Below are positions 27,192 through 38,330 of a DNA stretch of 64,000 nucleotides, one piece after another; the stretch's first letter is position 1, and each line of letters begins with the position of its first letter. The translations under genes were made by a program, and so were the position numbers. The notes below the pieces were generated by a model. The model searched no databases. It saw only the letters and a list, made by a program, of their open reading frames with translations, and was not told where the DNA came from. This DNA comes from Psammoneis japonica (taxonomy: Eukaryota): positions 496,001-560,000 of the forward strand of contig QPGO01000031.1 of NCBI GenBank assembly GCA_008632985.1, given 5' to 3'.

Positions 27192-30100
27192 ATGTCGGGC
27201 ACGTTGGATATGCTTGCCCACAGTGTGGAGAAGGCTTACAAGAGAGAAGCGCGTTCTTTCAAAAAGGAAAAGCGTGATCGTCGAATGTCTGGAGACTCGG
27301 TTTCGGTCCGTGATATTCATCACATGACAGAGCAAGAAGCACTGCAAAGTGGGAACCTCAAGATGCGTAAGGAAATGTTGGAAGCGTGGCAGTTCATGGT
27401 TCATGCACTTCAAGAAGAACGGGTTTTCTTGCAATACACAGACATGTTACAGAGACTGTTTGAACAGCAGGAACAACTCTTCCCACATTTACCTGAGTCT
27501 ACACTATTGAAAGTAACGCGGTCCATGGAAGCGCTAAGAAAAACGGTTGAAAACCATACAGAGCCACAAACAGAATGTTGCTTTGTGACTCTTGTCGAGA
27601 TCAATGCGTCGTATTTGCACGACTGGAAGGTATCACCCGAGCTGGAAGTAATGTGGAAAGGACTGGGCCAGAGTGTCGACGTCAACACTCCTTCTCATAA
27701 CTTTCGAAACATGGCCTACGGTATGCTCATGTCACTCAAGTGGCTTCCGAGCAATCTTGATTTGCATTGGATCTGTCACTTTGAAGACGACGATACCACC
27801 GAACTTATTACCGTCCCGTCATCTCAGCTCTCATACGTGAAATCAGTGTTTGAACGAATAAATTCATCAGTGCCACTACCCCGACACAACTTGTGTGACC
27901 GAGTAGCTCAACAGTTAAAGGACGAATCCCCTCCGTTCACTGTTGTTATTTCGGCCGAAAGGGATGAAGAAGGACGCCCACAGCGTGGGGTGGGGAAAAC
28001 GACGCTGGCAGCAATGGTGGCAATGCAAGTCCAACCGCAATTCTGCGTCTTGTGGTTGTCCTTGAGAGACCTGGCCTGGGATGGTGGTGAAATGACGCTT
28101 CAGAGATACACACGATACTTGGATTCGTTATGTGAACAAATAGGTGTCAAGCCATCTTGGCCCTGTCAGTCTTATGAACTGAACCAACCAGAGTCACTTG
28201 CCACGAAACTAGAGGAAGAGCGAATACGGAATACCAAGAGTGAAATGGGGGATATCCTTGGAAGGCTTCCGAAGGACGTGTTGATTGTGATCGATCAGGT
28301 ACGACACGAAGAGGATTTGGATTGGTTTCGGTTCCAGAAATCACAGTCGCTGCTCGCCACGACTGTAACAAGTGGTCTCTCTGCTGATTTTTCTTTGCCG
28401 GTGGATTCGTTGACGGAAGACGAGGCAGTTGAGCTGTTCCTGACAGAATCCGACTACCCACCTTCTGATGTGCTTGGAACTTCCGTGGAAGTCAAAGCAA
28501 CGGTTCAGAGATGCAATTTTCATCCCTTGACCATACGGACCGTTGCCCGGTGGTTTCGACTCAAGAAATCTGCAGCCGACGAGATTCATGGGCTAGAAGA
28601 ACTGACTCATGAATTGAGCTCCTGTTCAACGAAGCTACGACACTCTGCTAATGGAGATCCTGGGAACCCTTCGCATTTTCTGACGGAAGTAATGGATATC
28701 ATGCTAAGTCCCGTCCTGGCAACTGATGGACAGCCTACCAAACTCATGAAATTATGCTTACAAAGCATGGCTATTGTGTTTCTACAGGAGAGAGTTCCAG
28801 TGGAAGTGCTTCTTGCGTTTTGGGAACAGCTTTAGAGACAGAGCCGGACGTTGTAAAGGAGCTCGGTCCTGAACCGACCAAAAGTGCTATCAAGAAACAT
28901 GTTAGAATCATTTGTCGGGCATTGGAAACACTAGGAGTTGTTTCTGTCACTCAAAAGGAGGGAATTGCTTGGGTTGCCATCTATCACGACATGCAGCTAG
29001 AATATGCGTTGTACCACCTTGAAACCGTCGAGTTCAGCGAAGAGGCATCTCCAGATCAATTTACGCAGCAGTGTCGTGAAGCGCTTATTGAAGTATGCCA
29101 GTCGAAAATCAAGGAGGACGACTATGGAAGTAATGCTTCATATAGAGCATTCGCAGCAAAAAACTTGGTTCAACACATGATGAAAGCCAAAATGTATCAA
29201 GATACTGCAAAGTTGTTGAAGAACGAATCTTTCATCCGGAATCGTCTGAAGCATTTCGGACTCATTGCTGGGACGGAGTGCCACATTGATGATTGTCAGC
29301 GGCTTCAAGCTGCGTCAAAGGACGAAGGAAAAGCTACGAGCAAAGCGACCGATGATGTTACGTCGATCTACATGAAACTTTTCCTTTACTTGAGCAGGCA
29401 AGGCGACGATACCGGGGCGAAACCGGAAGAGATCGCTGAAGCGCTCCATCGCACGGGTTTCGCACTGTCGCAGCACAAATGTCGGTCCGATGCTCTGAAC
29501 TGCTACAAGACGGCTATCAAGAACATATCTACTCCATGTGTTCTCTTGAGTAGAGTTCTATACAGCGTGGGGATGATTCATTTAGCCAATCAGGATCCAA
29601 AGCGGTGCCTTGGAAAACTGGAAAAGAGTTTGGAAACACTGGAGAGTGTCGACGGTATCTGCCGTGATCATGACGCAGTCTATGGACAGGTCCTACTAAA
29701 GGCCGGTCATGTTGCTGAGATTCTGCATGACTATAGGTCAGCGATTGACTTCTACAATAGATCGCTGGAAGCCTTCGATTCTGAGGCCAATCGAGTCAAT
29801 GTTGGCAGAATTTTGTTGCACAAGGGTATCCTGCACCGAAAGATGGGCGAATTTGGCACATCAATACAAATTCTTACAAGATGCATTGAATGGAAATCAA
29901 AGCTGGGAGAAACCGATGGAGACATCGCAACGGCCTACAGTAACATCGGGGATGCCTACCTGGAAAAGGGAGCATTTTCCGACGCCACCCTCTGCTTTAA
30001 ACATGCCGCCAACATAATGGCAGCGAACTCGAACGAGGTGGACGAGTTTGATGTGGACGTTACAAGTGGGAAAATTCTCATGTTGGAGGACGACCACGGC

Positions 30101-31706
30101 GGTTGCCAAAGGGCATTCGATTCTGCACTTTTGTGTCTCAATGAATCGCCGTCGAATCATTTCTGGCAGCAAAACTGTTTTAGTGTTTGCTGGATATGCC
30201 GCATACTCCTGAAGCTCAACAAGGATGAAAGTGTTCTCGAGCTGCTCGATCAATGCGTGGAGCATCTAACGGCCGAGCCGCAGTGCTTGGAAATGGCTAG
30301 CGTTCTGTTTTGTAAAGGCGAGTATTATCTAAAACGCGAAAAGGACCAGGCACTTCCCTTCTTTGAAGGGGCACTCAAGATCCGAATCGACAAGGTCGCC
30401 ATGAACGAGGGCTTGTTGGAAAACTACAAGAGATTTGTGACATTCACGTATCCAATGGCGAAATGAGAAAGGCCGAAGGACTCTATCTACAAGCTCTGCA
30501 GCTAGCTGAGGAAGCCCACGGAGATGCGAGCCACGAGGCTTCCACGGTTCTTTTTGAAATGGGAAAGTTGTTGACGCAAATGGAAGAAGAAACAGAGGCA
30601 CTTGCCATATTCACAGAGTGTCTTGACGCCCAGAGACGCACTCTGGGTGAGACACACCCAGCTGTTGCTTCTACCTTACACAGCATGGGATCTCTTATGC
30701 CGATAGATCTCTTTTCGAGAGAGCGCACAACTACTACTCTCAGGCATTAGAGATCCGGTTTGAGAATTCTCGGGTGGACGACACTGTCGTGGCGGAAACA
30801 ATGCACGCCCTTGGGTATGTATCAAGACTTTGTGGTGACAGCGAACGTGCTCTTGAATTGTTGCTAGATGCCTTGCACATCCGAAATGAAACAAGCAACA
30901 CTCGGGCAATTTGTGAAACTCTAGCGGAGCTGGGTCATGTTTATCGAGTACTAAAGCATCCCGAGAATGCGATTGAGTATTACGAAAAGTGTCTGGAAAT
31001 GATGATTAGCGAGTTTGGTGACGGGCATGAGATTGTAGGAGATGTCTATCACTCGCTGGGGCACTCGAAGAAGCGTGTAGGCGAAACTAACGATGCCATC
31101 CGGAGCTATCAACGATGTAAGTGATACGACGAATTCCGGTACACATGCAGGAAATGCAACCTGACTGATCAACTTTTCCGTTTGCCGCAAACAGCGCTTG
31201 ACGTGAGACTGGCTGTACATGACAGTGACCACCCCAAAGTTGCTGCATCTCGTCGGTCCTTGGGAATCATGCTCTTTCAACGCCGTGATCTGGAAGACGC
31301 GGCGACTCAATTGAATGAATACGTAAGAATTTCCGAAGCAGCAGATCAAACAGAAACTCTGGATTACATTTTGGTGCTGCAAATCCTTGGTGATATTCAA
31401 GAGTTGAACAACAACCCCGAGGATGCGTTGGCAATGTGGACGGCCGCACAACGAACCTTCTTGAACAACAACGACCTTGTCAAGCAGCATCCGGAGTTGG
31501 GAGAGAGCCTGGAACGCCGTGTCCCAAGCACCAGTTTGTCTGAAGAAGAGCAGCCAGGATTCTTTCAAAAGTTGACGGATGGGTTCAAGAGCCTTTCTGA
31601 TGAAACGAATGCATCAAGTGAATTAGAAACGGAGCCGACAGAGGAGGACGACAATTGCACGCAAGACTTGCTGAGAAGAGTAACCTTCATGGATGATGAG
31701 TTCTAA
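27192..31706 (+). CDS. STAND/NB-ARC-like NTPase with C-terminal TPR repeats (NLR-like), three apparent 1-bp deletions
   Basis: Walker A GVGKTTLA, Walker B VLIVIDQV, LTEDEAVELF, CNFHPLTI (GxPL-like); TPRs such as HPAVASTLHSMG and IATAYSNIGDAY. Intron 31117-31194. Confidence 0.8.
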
Positions 31707-31939
31707 GTACCCTTACAGTAGTGCACTTCGATAAAGTCCGAGTCCACGGAAGAGGACTACGCACTTCTCCAGGTCAGCTTTCGTACAATTTGACTGCAGT
31801 GTATATAATAATAGGGATCTCTACACGATTACCAAAGGGATAAACATAATTTGGAGTGGGGCATCGCAATGACAATATCTGTATCATTTTACTAACAATC
31901 GACATGAAACATTACTCTGTCCCAACCACGAGAGATAAA

Positions 31940-32546
31940 TTAGTTTCCTTCGCAGATGAAAGAGTTCTGGGACAAGATAAGTGCGACAATAAGTCCTGGA
32001 TAGAACCAAAGGAGGAAAGAGGAGTCAGCACTCAGTCAACGAATGATGCAGTACGAGACAACATACAGACGAAAAACAAAGGCGAGACGTACCGTAAAGC
32101 CCAAGAGCCTCAGCGAAAATCAAAATAAGAATCATTCCAACAAAGAGCTTCTCTTGCTGTCCAACAGCACGCACACCTGCATCACCAACAATTCCAATCG
32201 CCATACCGGCAGCAAGACCCGAGAGTCCACAGCAGAGCCCGGCCGCCAAGTGAGCAAACGCAGTGTATAGACTGTATTGACTGAGACCGTTCTGTGGTGA
32301 AACAATAGAACCTTGAATGATAACAGCCACAATAAGACCGTAGATACCCAACACACCCGCCATAACTACTGGAATAATGTTTCTCATCACGAGTCCGGGG
32401 TTCATCACACCCATCGAAGAAATACCGACTCCGGACTTGGCAGTTCCGTAAGCAGCTCCAATGTTGGCAAACACCAAAGCGCTGGTTACACCCATGAACC
32501 CAAAGAAGGGGGCGCTGGCGGGGCACGTTTCCATTTCAACACTCAT
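31940..32546 (-). CDS. ATP6V0C: V-type H+-ATPase proteolipid subunit c
   Basis: APFFGFMG...[13 protein letters not shown]...[15 protein letters not shown]...[13 protein letters not shown]; intron 31996-32092 gives last exon [17 protein letters not shown]. Confidence 0.97.
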
Positions 32547-33525
32547 GATTTCAGTCGGTAAGCACTACAACAACTGCCACAAACGAGAAGTAACGTTGTT
32601 TTGTTTTTTTGTGAGACTTCTTGAAACAGTATTTTCGCAGAGGACGCATCGCCACACAAACACAATGACCAAATGATAGTATACAAGAATGAATATCAGT
32701 GACAAATATTATCATAAATACACATGAGGAAATGAAATAACCGAATAACGGGTCGAGTTCAGTACGGACGAATATTCATCATACAAATACGAATAAACGC
32801 ATAAATATTCGAGTGGAAACAAGGCAACGAGCCGTTTGCTCTGCGGCGTTGGCCATGAGAAAGCAACGACAGCGGCTCTCGGTGCACAAAAGAGATTCAA
32901 GACCGGCGTGTTATATCCACATAAGCGGAGCGTTGCTAACGCTTTATCAAATCAACGGACGGCAAAGATGCCCGAACGATATGACCGTACTGGGAGCTGC
33001 TGCTGTGCGTGCGGTACGAATGAACGACTAATCGCTTTCTCATCACAGCAGGGCGTATGCAACCAACTGCCGCTCCATCATTGCAAACTAACAACCAACA
33101 TCAAATTCATCCGTTCCACTCCAACGACAACGTGAAAACACAAGTCATTGCAGTCCATCGTCGCACAACTAACTCACCAAGCAACAAAAAATTTTGAAGA
33201 CTGCGGCCGCTCGCTCGTCGAGACGGCGAAGCAGTCGAATGGTTCGACGACATACTGGGGACCACGTGGATTTCTACAGATACCGAATCGGTACTGAACT
33301 TCCTGGAAACCAACGGCAGATGGTGCGATTTGAGTTTATTAGGGCATGAATAAGATATAATGCGTCCGTCATTCATCCGCATTTCCGTGAACGAGCTATC
33401 CGCGCTCTAAAAACAAACCTCTTCGCAGTGCGTGTGATGCGTGACAACATGATCACTTACTTTCTGTTGCGGTGTCGGCGGCTGTGTTGCAGTGCAGTGT
33501 TGTTCCTTATATTTCTTTTTTGGAA

Positions 33526-34455
33526 ATGCACACGTTGCTGTTCTTGCGTTTCTTGTCACTTGTTGGTCTCGCAATGGCATTGTCAAGCAGCAGCAGCAGT
33601 GTTGGCGGGTTGACGAGCTCCAAGCACGGCGGCGGCGAAAGCGGTGGACTCGCTGTTGTGTTTTTACACGGCTTGGATTCCTCGGGGAACACATGGAAGG
33701 ACGTCATTCCTCGTATTGCGACAGAAAAAATCGCTTGTATTACCATGGACCATCGTGGATGTGGTACAAGCTCCTTGGGGAATGCCGACGAATTTTCATC
33801 TCAAGCTCTTGTCAAAGACGTCGGGCGGGTATTGAAGACTCATAATTGCGATGACCACAAAATAGTGTTGGTGGGACATTCCATGGGAGGTCGAATAGGC
33901 ATGGCATATGCAGCCACACATCCTTCCAACGTTGTGGCTCTTGTCATTGAAGACATGGATATTGCAAGACGAACTGTTGAATCGAGTCCAATTCCGATTC
34001 CTACCACCACTACCGATTTGTTTGAACGCAGATTCAATTCAAAGCAAAGCGCTATAGATGCATTATTGAAGGCCGACTATCCAATGGAACGTATCTCCTC
34101 ATGGATACAAGACGGTCGGATTCACCCCTTCGAAGAAGAAGGAAAATTTTGGTATAGTGATGTGAATCCTGATTTCCGTAGACTGTGTTATCAACGCATT
34201 TTGGACACCGATCTTGCGCGAGATATTTGGTACAACCAGTTGTGTGGTCTTGAATTTCCAGTTTATGTCTTGGTGGCGCATGACACCATTTGTAAAAGCG
34301 AGAGCTTGGAGGAAATGCAATCCAGCATGGATAGGGTCGTCATTCACAAATACCCCGAGGGTTCTACTCATTCTATTCATTCGTCGGCACAAGATGACTT
34401 TGTTTCTACTCTCAAGGACATTATTTCGAAAGCAGCTCAGTCAGAGGAGAGTTGA
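33526..34455 (+). CDS. Alpha/beta hydrolase (YbfF/ABHD11-like esterase) with N-terminal signal
   Basis: VFLHGL, DHRGCGTS, nucleophile elbow GHSMGG and STHSIH. Confidence 0.85.
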   Translation: MHTLLFLRFLSLVGLAMALSSSSSSVGGLTSSKHGGGESGGLAVVFLHGLDSSGNTWKDVIPRIATEKIACITMDHRGCGTSSLGNADEFSSQALVKDVGRVLKTHNCDDHKIVLVGHSMGGRIGMAYAATHPSNVVALVIEDMDIARRTVESSPIPIPTTTTDLFERRFNSKQSAIDALLKADYPMERISSWIQDGRIHPFEEEGKFWYSDVNPDFRRLCYQRILDTDLARDIWYNQLCGLEFPVYVLVAHDTICKSESLEEMQSSMDRVVIHKYPEGSTHSIHSSAQDDFVSTLKDIISKAAQSEES

Positions 34456-34503
34456 TAGCGACAAAGAAGAAGTAGCAATCCAATCCAAAGATCGAGGCGA
34501 CAT

Positions 34504-34755
34504 TCATCGTGGAACCCCGCAAATACGCGGGGACCCTCCTGTAGAGGTCTACGCTCATTTTTGTATGTGGTACTGAAACATGTAGTCTACATACGCAAAA
34601 CTGGTACAGTTTCTACGAAAAAATTTCGAAAAAACGCCTAGTTCGCGAGATAGCTCTGGTACAAAACCTACGTAAATAGTCCCCATACATGCACGTACAA
34701 CTCTACACATTTCCGGGTTACGGGTCCCCGCGTATTTGCGGGGGTTCCACGATGA
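34504..34755. mobile_element. MITE, 252 bp, ~33-bp TIRs, 4-bp TSD ACAT
   Basis: tcatcgtggaaccccgcaaatacgcggggaccc (34504-34536) vs gggtccccgcgtatttgcgggggttccacgatga (34722-34755), differing by one homopolymer base; ACAT at 34500-34503 and 34756-34759. Confidence 0.85.
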
Positions 34756-35053
34756 ACATGATGTAATGCTCTATGGTAAATTTTGCGTGCGGTCTTCGTC
34801 TGTCCGCCGTTTCAATTATTTTTGAAATCTTCTTGTTTTACACAGATTAGGTAGGAGAATTTACGTATGTAAAAAGATACAGGTTCCTCTCGTACCTGTT
34901 GGCGCGCTGACAACTTTTCCGCGTTTCCCGCGCAAAAACAAGACGAGTTATGACACAGCCATCATCTCACATCATTCTTTATGTGCATTGACACCCTCCC
35001 CACATCATTGCAAATCATTAGCACCGTCTTTCCTGCAACGATTATATTCTGAA

Positions 35054-35941
35054 ATGAGATGCATTGCTCTGTTTCGACAGCTATTCATTCTTGGGTTTTT
35101 GTTTCGATGTAGTAATGCGCATTCCCCTGAAACTTGCAATTGGTCGCCCCCAATCACCAGAAGTTGCTACAGGCTCGGAAAACGCTGGAATCTCTACACA
35201 TCTGCTATATCCAACCATTTCGATACTACTAGATCCCTTGCCGTTCGAGGTGGGGCCGACATTGCCGTCGACAGCCAGTCAATTTTAGATTTTTGGAGTG
35301 CAATCGACAAAGTTGGTACCGCAATTTTTGCGTTTTCGGGCGCCGTCACGGCCGGAAGAAAAGGTATGGACTTGCTTGGCATGACAATCATTGCAACCAT
35401 CACAGCTGTAGGAGGAGGCACAGTACGAGATGTATTATTGGATGCGGGACCAGTTTTTTGGATGCAGAGTCCGGTGTATATCGAAATATGCGTCTTTACT
35501 ACTCTCGCAACCTTTTTGTTGTGGCCAATATTGGAAGAGCGATTCGGTTGGAGGGATTCGGCATTGCCTATTTGCTACGCTGATGCTATTTGTATTGGTG
35601 CCTTTGCCGTTGTTGGAACGGAAAAGGCAATCAAGCTGAACTTGGCTCCAGTGCTATGGGTTGTTTGCGGGCTTGTGACTGCGACCTTTGGCGGAGTTAC
35701 TCGCGATATCATTTGCCAACAACGGCCACGTGTCATGTATCCATATCGATCAATGTATGCACCTCCTGTCATTCTTGGAAGTGCTGTATACGCCCTTTTG
35801 TACGAAAAGACTGCTGTCAACACACAGACTGCGGCCTATATTTCCATGCTGGTGACATTTTCCAGTCGCGTTCTCTCCTTTAACCATCCAATGCGACTAC
35901 CACATTGGACGAACAGCAACGAGACTTCAGCTACAAAATAG
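35054..35941 (+). CDS. TRIC/UPF0126 (YadS-like) membrane protein with N-terminal signal
   Basis: Duplicated unit: DKVGTAIFAFSGA...MDLLG...TAVGGGTVRDVL and DAICIGAFAVVG...TATFGGVTRDII. Confidence 0.85.
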   Translation: MRCIALFRQLFILGFLFRCSNAHSPETCNWSPPITRSCYRLGKRWNLYTSAISNHFDTTRSLAVRGGADIAVDSQSILDFWSAIDKVGTAIFAFSGAVTAGRKGMDLLGMTIIATITAVGGGTVRDVLLDAGPVFWMQSPVYIEICVFTTLATFLLWPILEERFGWRDSALPICYADAICIGAFAVVGTEKAIKLNLAPVLWVVCGLVTATFGGVTRDIICQQRPRVMYPYRSMYAPPVILGSAVYALLYEKTAVNTQTAAYISMLVTFSSRVLSFNHPMRLPHWTNSNETSATK

Positions 35942-35990
35942 ATTGTGATTATGCGAGCGTACGAGTATCACGAAAATAGCATTTTAGGGG

Positions 35991-36836
35991 CTACTGAATT
36001 GAGCAGAGTAGACAACACTGGTCGTCTTCATTTCTCGATTTTCCAAGCAGATCGATAGGGAAACTTCTGCCGTCATTCTCTTCGTCCTCGCATAAATGAG
36101 AAACGTCACCAGACGGCGTTGCAGCAAAGTATGGTTGATCGACTACAACGAAGCTCTTGTCAATGGCTTCATCAGTAGAGTTGGATTTCACATCCGCAGC
36201 GGCTCTTAGTACGGAAGGCAAAGGAGAGACATTGTCGCTACCGTCTACCGGAACGTGATTTGAATTGCTTCTTGAGTATCCGAGTAGGGCACTATCTGCT
36301 TGTTCTTCATTCTCTTGTGCATCGTCATAAATAAATAGCTTGACCCTCTCTTCCAGAAAATGCTGCCTCCTCAGCATCGAAGACACAATCGCTCTATCTT
36401 CTTCCACACTAGACTCCCACACCCTTCTTTCTAATGCCTCTTGCTCCTCTATCAGATTGTAGATGTATTGTTGTTCCTCTGCGAGTGTCTCAAGTTCTAT
36501 GCAGTCATCTTCTCGCTCGAGTGCAAATCCTCCCCTCTCATCCGCAACAACGACAGAAGGGAAGATTTCTGGAGTGAAGAGTCGTGAGTCATCTTCAGAC
36601 TGGAATGGACTGGTAGAGTCGTCTTGCACAAAAGAAAGACGACAGTTGGGTGATGGGATTTCCGGTGTACGTTCAGGACTCCACGAGAGGTTGATGTCCA
36701 TCGACTGAGTGTCAAAACGCCCCGCTTGAGAGCCATCGCTACTCCAAGTTGAAGATGGTGTAACCACGGCGCCTCTAGTGGGAGCGCACGAGGGCAAAGA
36801 GTCTGAATCCATTGGTCTCTTTTTCAGAGACATCAT
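35991..36836 (-). CDS. Hypothetical acidic protein with coiled-coil segment and C-terminal CaaX
   Basis: Long ORF with normal dinucleotide use, ending CCLLCSIQ*. Start uncertain (ORF open to 37157). Confidence 0.6.
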   Translation of the reverse strand: MMSLKKRPMDSDSLPSCAPTRGAVVTPSSTWSSDGSQAGRFDTQSMDINLSWSPERTPEIPSPNCRLSFVQDDSTSPFQSEDDSRLFTPEIFPSVVVADERGGFALEREDDCIELETLAEEQQYIYNLIEEQEALERRVWESSVEEDRAIVSSMLRRQHFLEERVKLFIYDDAQENEEQADSALLGYSRSNSNHVPVDGSDNVSPLPSVLRAAADVKSNSTDEAIDKSFVVVDQPYFAATPSGDVSHLCEDEENDGRSFPIDLLGKSRNEDDQCCLLCSIQ

Positions 36837-37599
36837 TTGACCTTTCTCACTTTCGTGCATTGCGCTGCATTTGCAACTCATGTCAACTGCTTCTCGTCTC
36901 TTCGATTTCTTCGCTTTCAGTTGAAACCCTTTATGTGCTGTATCGCCAATCGAAATAGCGCCGGACAAGTGGATGTCGATTGCTGATGCTTTATTCAGAA
37001 TTTCGTGTGATGCTTGCGATGCATTGTGAATGAGTGGGAACTGCCACTTTGTGACACCCGATTGGTCAAATCGTTGGTTACTATGTATATACTTCATCGT
37101 TGACGAATGATGCGAAAACGTTTTTTCCGTTGTATTCTTAACGAAATACTTCATCACTTAAGGTTACTAAATCATTAATTTATTTAAGGACATGTCGGCC
37201 ACCTCAGAAATAGTGGCACGACTGACACATCTCTCTCTTTGGCGCCAAAGACAAAGACAATGTGGCAACGCACACGCACTGCACTCTACTCTCTAGAGAG
37301 AGAGCAGTGGGCACAGCAGTGCGCGGTTCTTAGACTGGCTGTGTGGGACAATTGTGTGGGAGTGTGTGCACAATTCTGCCTTTGTTTCACGGCCACACCC
37401 TCTGCGTGTTTTTCTGTGTAAGCTCTGGTGCAGATGTCGCCTTTTTCTGACGGTGTGATGATGGTTCTCACTTGCCTGTTCAGACGTGTTCTTTTGTCGA
37501 CGTGCCATTGTTCTGTGATCATTGGCAATCTCATGCAGTGGAAAATGATTTGTGCCACACTCTCTTGGCTCATTTGCTTGACGTTCTTCTCGGCATTTT

Positions 37600-38330
37600 C
37601 TGTTCTTGTGTGCAAAGTTTCTGCACAGGTCTCAGCACAAATTCCATGCATTCTGCGAGTCATTTCAGACGGACGACTCATCAAACTGCCGATTGCTCTC
37701 TCTCCACACCTCCCAAGCATCAATGACCCCCCTTCTCTCCATTGTCCATTCAAGTTTCCTGTGTTGTGTGGTGAACATTTTCCCATCATTGCTGTTTTCA
37801 GAAGTTTGAAGCAGAGACCAGAGTTCAGTGTGCATTGGCCATCCTTCCGCTTGCCGACAAGTCTGCACAAGTTTCAGCACAAGTTCCATGTGTCACAGAA
37901 ACATTTTCAAATGGCTGACCTCCCAATCTCCTGACTGCTCTCTGTCCATCCCTGCCAAGCACCAACGACTCCCCTTTTACCTGCTGTCCTTTTAAGTTCT
38001 CTGCTTTGTGTGGCGGACACCCCTTCTGTCCTTGCTGCAACCAGAAGTGTGAATTTGAGATCAACTGGGCTTGATTTGGCTCTTTGCCTGTTTGCCAATG
38101 CTTCCTGCTAAGTTCCTGTGCAAGACTCAGTGCAAGTTCTGTGTGTCATGGAAACATGTTCTGACAGAAGATCTCCCAATCTTCTGATGGCTCTCTGTCC
38201 ACACCTGCCAAGCTCCAATGACTGCCCCTTTGCTCAATGCTTTTTTAAGTTCTCTGCTCTGGACAATGAACTCCCTTTTGTTGCTGCTGCTGTCGTGAGT
38301 TTGACTTTGAGACCAACTCAGTGGTCGGTG
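37600..38330 (+). repeat. Three diverged ~245-bp tandem units
   Basis: gctctct(c/g)tcca..cct.ccaagc..caa(t/c)gac recurs near 37695, 37937 and 38189. Confidence 0.7.

Noticed and set aside
20085..30720. Programmed frameshifting or pseudogenisation in FMO, AP3B and the NB-ARC/TPR gene
   Set aside because: The breaks I traced are single-base indels in short homopolymers (~20092, ~22228, ~28831, ~30420, ~30695) in otherwise intact genes, which fits long-read assembly error. Short-read polishing would settle it.
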